Assembly: GCA_009103225.1 (NCBI GenBank)
Contig: RHPI01000560.1
Span: forward strand, 107,465-171,464
Source: Chlorokybus atmophyticus
Lineage: Eukaryota > Plantae > Mesostigma and Chlorokybus algae
DNA length: 64,000 nt
Direction: 5' to 3'
Part shown: positions 58,701 to 64,000 of the stretch, piece after piece
Layout: each line of letters opens with the position of its first letter
Position numbering within the stretch: the stretch's first letter is position 1
Notes under the pieces: generated by a model
Told to the model about the DNA's origin: nothing
What the model saw: the letters and a program-made list of their open reading frames with translations, nothing else
Database searches by the model: none
Program-made: the position numbers and the translations under genes

Positions 58701-59488
58701 AAACGGATGGGCAAACAGAACGCGCCAATCAAGTGATTGAAGAAACCATTCGGCATTATGTGAGTCCAAATCAGTCTGATTGGGATATTTATCTTCCAAT
58801 GGCTGAGTTTGCGATCAACAATGCTTGGCAAGAGAGTGTGCAGGAAACGCCGTTCTTTTTAAATTACGGCGTGCATCCACTGAGTCCTGCGAATTTAAAA
58901 TTGCCCGCAACCGATATAACTCGCGTACCTGCAGCGCGCGAGATGGCTTCGGCCATGCAGGATAGGTTAGCGTTGGCAAAGCACTGTCTGCGCGCAGCGC
59001 AAGATAGACAAAAAGCCCATGCTGATGCGCATCGTAGGGAGGCCAGCTACGATGTGGGCTGTTCAGTACTTTTGAGTACCAAAAATATATCCATCAAGGG
59101 AGTGGGTACCCGTAAATTTTTCCCTCGTTGGATAGGCCCTTTCAAAGTGATTGATCGGGTCGGCACTCACGCGTATCGTTTGGATTTACCAATGTCGATA
59201 CGAATTCACAATGTGTTTCATGTGAGTGTACTGAAACCGTACCGATCAGACGGTCGGGTTCAACCTCCTCCACCCCCAGTCGCAGTGGATGGTGACAATA
59301 CATTTGAGTATGAGGTGGAAGCAATCCTAAGTCACCGTAAGCCTCGACGCGGACGCGCGCCGTCCTACTTGGTGAAATGGAAAGGGTATGGTGTTGAACA
59401 CAATACATGGGAGCCCGAAAGGAATCTTACCAACTGCCAAGAGGTTCTTCGGGGGTACTGGAGTACTGTGTCCACACGCGAACGGTAA
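55718..59488 (+). CDS. pol: Chromovirus Pol: extra N-terminal domain + protease + RT + RNase H + integrase + chromodomain
   Basis: Open in the gag frame directly after the TAG. Motifs: FLIDTGATHNFV, LDLTSGYHQIRI, LPFGLTNAP, YLDDII, SDAST...EQELL...TDHNPL...NVADPLSR, HDPPYAGH...CDKC, SMDL...SDRD...GQTERAN, WIGPF and YEVEAILSH...YLVKWKGY...NTWEP. Confidence 0.95.
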   Translation, partial: DYAVADVAKVDSQLLEIQAVNWFDNLSQMHVMTHAWQTHHKLPLFDVATVEANTCVLVHVKFNMLTDVLHTLSELQCKHRSLSVVAMVPKYHGPWLKYTRGGTVLKQFTKRETGTIRLSAILINPRISHGFLATFQGRVVPLLWTFSGTMQGVNSSFLIDTGATHNFVDEQWVARNKIMRKPSAFSAAGAGGTLPVTGEVKLKVKIGNYYANLAFIVVAINISGVDVVLGQEWQNNVTMTLDTGARLCTVKKGGKRITLSVKGSHSLEFKQPDPALLTALQVKRALRKNTPAFLVHLSSSDDIAPGSTEGVADLIEEYQDVFSDELPGLPPDRGVGHTIPLIPDSDPPFRPIYRLSPRERGEMETQIKELLEKGLIEPSSSPFGAPILFVMKKNGKLRMCVDYRALNKITVKNRYPLPRIDDVFDKLSGNAYFSTLDLTSGYHQIRIHSADVYKTAFRTPSGHYQYKVLPFGLTNAPAVFQKEMNKIFGNILGKYVMVYLDDIIVFSKTKEEHKQHLEAVFTLLRKHHLFASLAKCDFCKSELPFLGHVVSGAGVKPDPRKVQVVKNWPQPKNIHQLRSFLGLANYFRKFMMGYSTVVMPLTKLLRKDAPFSWTSDQEAAMQQVKLALTSAPVLALPNWDKHFTVVSDASTLGCGAVLLQDGRPCAYESRKFIPAKVNYTTTEQELLGVVHALETWQCYLEGVQFTVVTDHNPLVYFPTQLTLSRRQARWNEFLSRFTFEWVYRPGRTNVADPLSRCPSLLAVMRAQLLATQVTLPANDAFVQSVLHGYSLDPWFSRQENIQQLEARDNLYYMGASLVIPDHAGLRMQCIADVHDPPYAGHFGNRKTTKAAQQLYWWPSLPVDVKRYVDTCDKCQRDKPLRQKPAGLLRPLPVPDGKWESVSMDLITELPKTQLGHTAVAVFVDRLTKMVHIIPCRTEIGSRDLAMVFVASVFKLHGLPRNFVSDRDPRFVAQFWKSLCSFLRIQQNMSTAYHPQTDGQTERANQVIEETIRHYVSPNQSDWDIYLPMAEFAINNAWQESVQETPFFLNYGVHPLSPANLKLPATDITRVPAAREMASAMQDRLALAKHCLRAAQDRQKAHADAHRREASYDVGCSVLLSTKNISIKGVGTRKFFPRWIGPFKVIDRVGTHAYRLDLPMSIRIHNVFHVSVLKPYRSDGRVQPPPPPVAVDGDNTFEYEVEAILSHRKPRRGRAPSYLVKWKGYGVEHNTWEPERNLTNCQEVLRGYWSTVSTRER

Positions 59489-59610
59489 AAGGGTGCTGGC
59501 AGACATCTTTACCGCTTCGGCCCTGGTTCTCTCACTGCTTTCGTTTTGTGACTCGTGATGGGGCTTTGCTAACCCTTCAATGAGGACATTGAAACCTAAG
59601 TGGGGGGGAA

Positions 59611-59949
59611 TGTAACGGTGTGCTACCTCCATAGAGGTTCCCCGCCCTTATTTAGGATTAAATAAGGGTCCCAACGGGATTATACAGCCTATTAAGCCTT
59701 ATTAGGGCCGTTAACCTAGTGTTAAGGCCCTAATGTAGTGTTACTTAACTATAACACTGATATCGACATGAGACATGAGTCTCATGTCGATATCAGCTGC
59801 ATGGCGGCGCTGCTAACGCAGCGGCCGCCATAGCCAGAGCATCTTTTGCTCTGGCAACTGCCCCGGCAGTGGCGGCGGTGGCGGCGAGGCTGGTGGTGGT
59901 GTTGGGGTAGGGGATTAAAGGGAGGAGGGGCACACCCTCTCTCCTGACA
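59611..59949 (+). repeat. Chromovirus 3' LTR
   Basis: Follows the PPT; TGTAACGG...CCTGACA; followed by the TSD GTAAA. Confidence 0.98.
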
Positions 59950-59970
59950 GTAAAAGCACCAAGTCTTTTG

Positions 59971-60028
59971 TGGTCGAGTGGGCTGTGACATTGGTCATCG
60001 GAGCTTGAGACCCGGGTTCGATTCCTGC
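59971..60028 (+). promoter_or_regulatory. tRNA-type Pol III internal promoter (A-box + B-box/T-arm) spanning the TRIM LTR-PBS junction
   Basis: A-box TGGTCGAGTGG at 59971-59981 fits TRGYNNARNNG. B-box GGTTCGATTCC at 60015-60025 is a perfect consensus match. T8-to-G53 spacing is 45 nt, as in tRNAs. Function untested. Confidence 0.6.
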
Positions 60029-63000
60029 CTTGCACACGAATTCCGCGGTCGTTGTTTCTCGATCCAATAACATCGTAAATGGTCACTTTATAAGTGCCAT
60101 CATCGATGGGTCGCGACTTGCCTAATGGCAGTCGCGCCGAACTGACCAGTTCAGTCGTCGCGGCAGAGCGCGACCTGCCTATCGCGGCGACGCGACCTGT
60201 GGGGCCGGCAGCGGCGCGATATGCGCGCGTTGACCGGTATGGGCCTAAATTGGCCGGTCCTTAGATGGTGGGGCCGGTGACCGACCCTAAATCAGACCCC
60301 TGGGATTGATTCCCCAGCTGATGGGCGCCAGCTGCCGAGGACGTCAGCGTTCTTAAGTGGGGGGGAATGTAACGGGATGGTACATTAAATTACCACAAAT
60401 CGACCATAAAAGCACCAAGTCTTTTGTGGTCGAGTAAGCTGTGACATATCATGTGTGGGACGCACCAAGCATGGTGCGGCTGTTGCGCGCCATGATTGGT
60501 TACCTTGTCAAGGCAGGCAGCATTAATCATGGCGTGCGTGGCACGCGCCAAGCATGGTGCGACTGTTGCGCACCATTCTTGGCCGCGAGCTTGGGGAAGG
60601 CAGCAATAATCATGGCGTGTGTGGCACGCATCAATCATGGTGCGCGCCACCACGCCAGAGCTGGCTGCCATGTTCCCCAAAGAGGCTACTTTCATGGTCG
60701 GGAGGTTTGCGCCAAACATGGTGTGTACGATTGGTTGTCAGTTTCGGCGTGGAAGTGCCCAAACCAGCGGTGACAATCGAGGAACTGCGAACCATGGTTG
60801 GTTGTCACGGTTACACGCCAGGTTTAACCCTGGTTCGCGGGCTTCCATCGCCTGCTATTGCCCCCTGGTGCGAACGTCCGCACCATACATGGTTTGACAC
60901 TTATTTCCGTGGTGTTCGATTTCGCTTTACCATGTTTTATGTTTTAACAATTCTACATCATAGTTCATAATACCCTTATTTCCAATTATAGCTATGTAAG
61001 TTAACTACAACTTTTCTTGATAGTTATAACACATGCCATTCTTGTGTTTTAGCTAGTAAAATCGGCCAATCTTCACATTGCACGTCACATGCAGGGTATC
61101 ATTATACACAATACGCATGTAACACAATCACATTTAACAATATCAATGCAACAATAAAATATTACTTATTGTTGAAGCATGCGGCATGCTTTATTGCTTA
61201 CTATGCGATGTAGTACATCACATTAGCTAAATGTGATAAACGTATCCACTTTAATTGCATATATGATGTTGAATATTGGTCCGACAACATGGCACAGTGC
61301 AAATCTAAGCCTAAAATTCAATGCAGTAATGGGCCTTCCTTTTGTGGAACACATTCCTGTACGCATTGCACACAACTTCATGCCGCACGTGTTAGTGCGC
61401 TTTTTTATTTATTTAGCAGCATATCCGCACAATCTAAAGCTGCCCATCAACGAGCAGCAAAGCCAAATATATGTTTGCCTATGTCATATAGTTTGATTAC
61501 ATGCATTGCTGACAATCTGGTGTATTCGTCCGTGGCCATACCTGTGCAAAAAGCATCCACCCACCCACCCACACATATATACGTATATACGTATACGCTG
61601 TACATTCGAAAGTTGATTCTCATGTGGTTAGTCAACAAGCGAGGGTGTTTGCGGTTCCTTCAATGCAATTGTGATGCATATTTCATTATAGCTACAATGG
61701 TACCAAAGTACAGCCTTATGTGTGTTAAAACGTGCTTGTATTATGTGTCACACAATGACTTCGGGGTATTTTGTCAATACATCATCTTGAACACCTTATC
61801 AACTTAACATTTGGTATAGCCTGCAAGGTAACTATACATTATACAACTCTGCAATAAAATTGTTAATTTTTATATCGTTGACAACTCCAATGCACATTGT
61901 GAGCTGATGGCTGCTATGATACATATAAATCATACCATATATTATACATGGGATTTTAAACACGGCTACATGTTGTGTAGTAGACCAATGTAGTGCTTTA
62001 AGACATGGGGCTGTGTATTGTGAAACACATGCAAGCTTGAGAAGTTACTTACAAGCTTTTCTTCACACAATTACACTCTGTGGTAACAACGACGCCGATG
62101 GCCATGGCAAAGGTCTAATGTTAGATACCACATATCATATAAAATAAGGAAAGTAAGCACACATGAGGTCACATAAGAAGGTCACAGACGGTTACAAGGC
62201 AATGATGTGACAAGGATGTTGCATAAGCACACAAGCTAGCCTCATCCCTTAGTTAGCAACATGTGCCATGCACATACAGTCATTGGCCTCATTAATTGCC
62301 AAGAACCTCGCCTCACACAATTGCCCATTGCAAAAGCTGTAAAGCTGAACCAAAAGGCTGCTGCATGTGGGCATACAGAGCTGCTCACCACATGAGGTCT
62401 CATGTGATGGCTCAAGCTGCGCTGATGCGGTCTCAAGGCGTATGAGCAGTGAGTACAACATGATTATGTCCACCTGTACATGTACATGGAATGCACGGTG
62501 TCGCCGCACACCACAACAGCACACAAACTTCGTCTGTAACCATGACACCACAACATCACATTGGCAGCACCGGAACATCCCACCATCCACATTACGCTCG
62601 CTGCACTTGCTCGCAATGCTCGCTTGGCCGCAGCCACCACTCATCCACGCACGCACGCAAATTCTTGCATACCAATCCCGCCTCTCACCAAGACTCCTGT
62701 GCACTCACACCCGGACACACCTCGTCGCTCACCCGCGCATCCGCCATGACACAGCCACGTCGTCGCGTCCACATCGGTTGTCGATATTGCGGGTGGCACT
62801 GGCGCACGGCATGGCCACCGCAGCTGTGCCGGGCTACCATCATGTGACGGGAGAGGTACATAGCCATTACTAACCCTCCTAATGGCCTGACCCCCTAAGG
62901 GCTTCACCAGCATCGCTACCGCAAAGACGGCAGTGGTGGCTGCGCAGTTTCACAACAACACATCCTCATTATCACATTCCTAAGACAATGGTTTGATGAC

Positions 63001-64000
63001 TGTAAGTCAACATGCGCACGCACGCAACGCAACATGCACACGCACCCACACAGACCTCCATACAACCCTTGCCTTCCAACCTCCCGCTTACCCCCTCAAG
63101 GGCGTAGGCATAACACATGGCCTCGTTGTAGCAAACCTTTATCCCTTGTTGAGGTTTCCTTGTCCTGGTGTGCTAGCCTGTATGAGCAGAGGATGCGCCG
63201 AGAATGCAGTGCCTACTCAAGTCAACACAAGGCAAGTCCAACATGTTCTGTGACCCCGACCTCCTGGAGAGTGCGTTCTCTGTCGTACCTTGGGCAGTTT
63301 CAAGCAAACAAGTCGTGATACCCCACGCACAGCAACAAGTCGCTCTCTGCCGAGTGGCTGCATGCATGTCTGCAATGCCCAGGTAGGCCACTGGGGCTAC
63401 AATAAAAACTTCGCCACCTTCACCGCCAGAAGCTTGTTGCAGCCATCTCCACTGTAGTGCCACACTGAGAGCAGCTGTGATCTGACTGCAAGATGACGTT
63501 GCTGAAGACCATATTTTCTTCGTGTGAAGCCCTGGCCAACAGGTGAGATCGTCAGTAAAAGTCCGCCGAACCGAACACCTGAATGCAACCAGACTTACCT
63601 CACAAGGAGTTCAGCAAAGCTTGCAGTGACCAGTCTTGGTTCTCAAGTCACTGCAGAGCAGGCCTGCTTTTGGCGTACTGAGATTCCTCAGAGCATGAGA
63701 CTTTTTCCTAACACCGCTGCTTGTGGGAGTCCGACTGCTGTTGTGACCGGCATGTACCAGCTTCCAGAACCATATGCTGGCTACTCCTGTGTGTGCGACA
63801 CAGCAGAAGATGCCACATGCTCTGCCTCATGCATGTGTGCATCAACGCCTTCTGCAGGCATTGCCATCAGTGCACTTGAAACGTCTGCAGGCTTTCCGAG
63901 CTTGCGAGGTTTTGCAACTTTGCCCTTTTCTCGCCCTGACACATACGCACGCAAAGAATCAACTTTGCGGGCAAGAAAAAAGCAGTGCTTCAAGCGGGGC

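Larger units (their letters stand above)
53084..59949 (+). mobile_element. Full-length young Ty3/Gypsy chromovirus (6866 bp)
   Basis: 339-bp LTRs (53084-53422, 59611-59949) with TG...CA ends and 3 differences. Perfect TSD GTAAA (53079-53083, 59950-59954). iMet-type PBS TGGTATCGGAGC (53424-53435) and PPT (59597-59610). Encodes gag, PR, RT, RH, IN and a chromodomain. Confidence 0.98.
53041..60446 (+). mobile_element. TRIM (non-autonomous LTR retrotransposon, 535 bp when the nested element is removed)
   Basis: 79-bp LTRs TGTAACGG...TGACA: the 5' copy is 53041-53083 + 59955-59990, the 3' copy is 60368-60446, and they differ at 6 positions. PBS TGGTCATCGGAGC (59992-60004), PPT TAAGTGGGGGGGAA (60354-60367), 377-bp non-coding interior, TSD TATCG/TATCA. 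Confidence 0.9.
52970..60650. repeat. 83-bp minisatellite (CCAAGCATGGTGC... units) split by the TRIM insertion; units at 52970-53040 + 60452-60463, then starting at 60464, 60547 and 60630
   Basis: Removing the TRIM and one TSD restores an exact 83-bp first unit; the downstream units are spaced 83 bp apart. Confidence 0.85.

Noticed and set aside
59964-60036. A genuine tRNA gene inside the TRIM
   Set aside because: Only the A-box, B-box and T-arm fit; the acceptor and anticodon stems do not pair.
62240-64000. Assorted ORFs at the right end of the window
   Set aside because: Fragmentary and stop-interrupted with no recognisable domain; possibly TE debris or a truncated gene.

Overview
This is eukaryotic nuclear DNA from a green alga. 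It has short GT-AG introns, about 50-55% GC, a nucleus-encoded plastid sigma factor and a Golden2-like factor with its GCT box, which suggests, but does not prove, an early-branching streptophyte. The first ~22 kb is gene-dense: a small hydrophilin, biotin-protein ligase, plastid DEAD-box helicase RH22, a mitochondrial carrier, Rab6, DNA polymerase epsilon subunit B, and a CDKL kinase with a long N-terminal extension carrying an IQ motif. From 22 to 47 kb, genes (sigma factor, a secreted NIDO-domain mosaic protein, GLK) alternate with transposon debris: a probable solo LTR, a decayed gag-protease element, a Penelope-like RT fragment and a 1.12-kb tandem duplication. The right third is a transposon nest. 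A decayed CACTA-like transposase region and an 83-bp minisatellite host a 535-bp TRIM, and a young 6.9-kb chromovirus (LTRs differ at 3 of 339 positions) has inserted into that TRIM's 5' LTR. The most unusual observations are: (i) the TRIM appears to assemble a tRNA-type Pol III promoter across its LTR/PBS junction, and the first downstream T4 run lies in its 3' LTR; (ii) the chromovirus has gag and pol in one frame split by a single UAG, followed by ~140 extra residues resembling a catalytically dead N6-adenine methyltransferase; (iii) its LTR is an almost continuous chain of hairpins. All gene models and domain calls were made by eye from the sequence and recalled motifs; no searches were run. 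Three single-N gaps sit within or beside long low-complexity runs whose lengths are unreliable.
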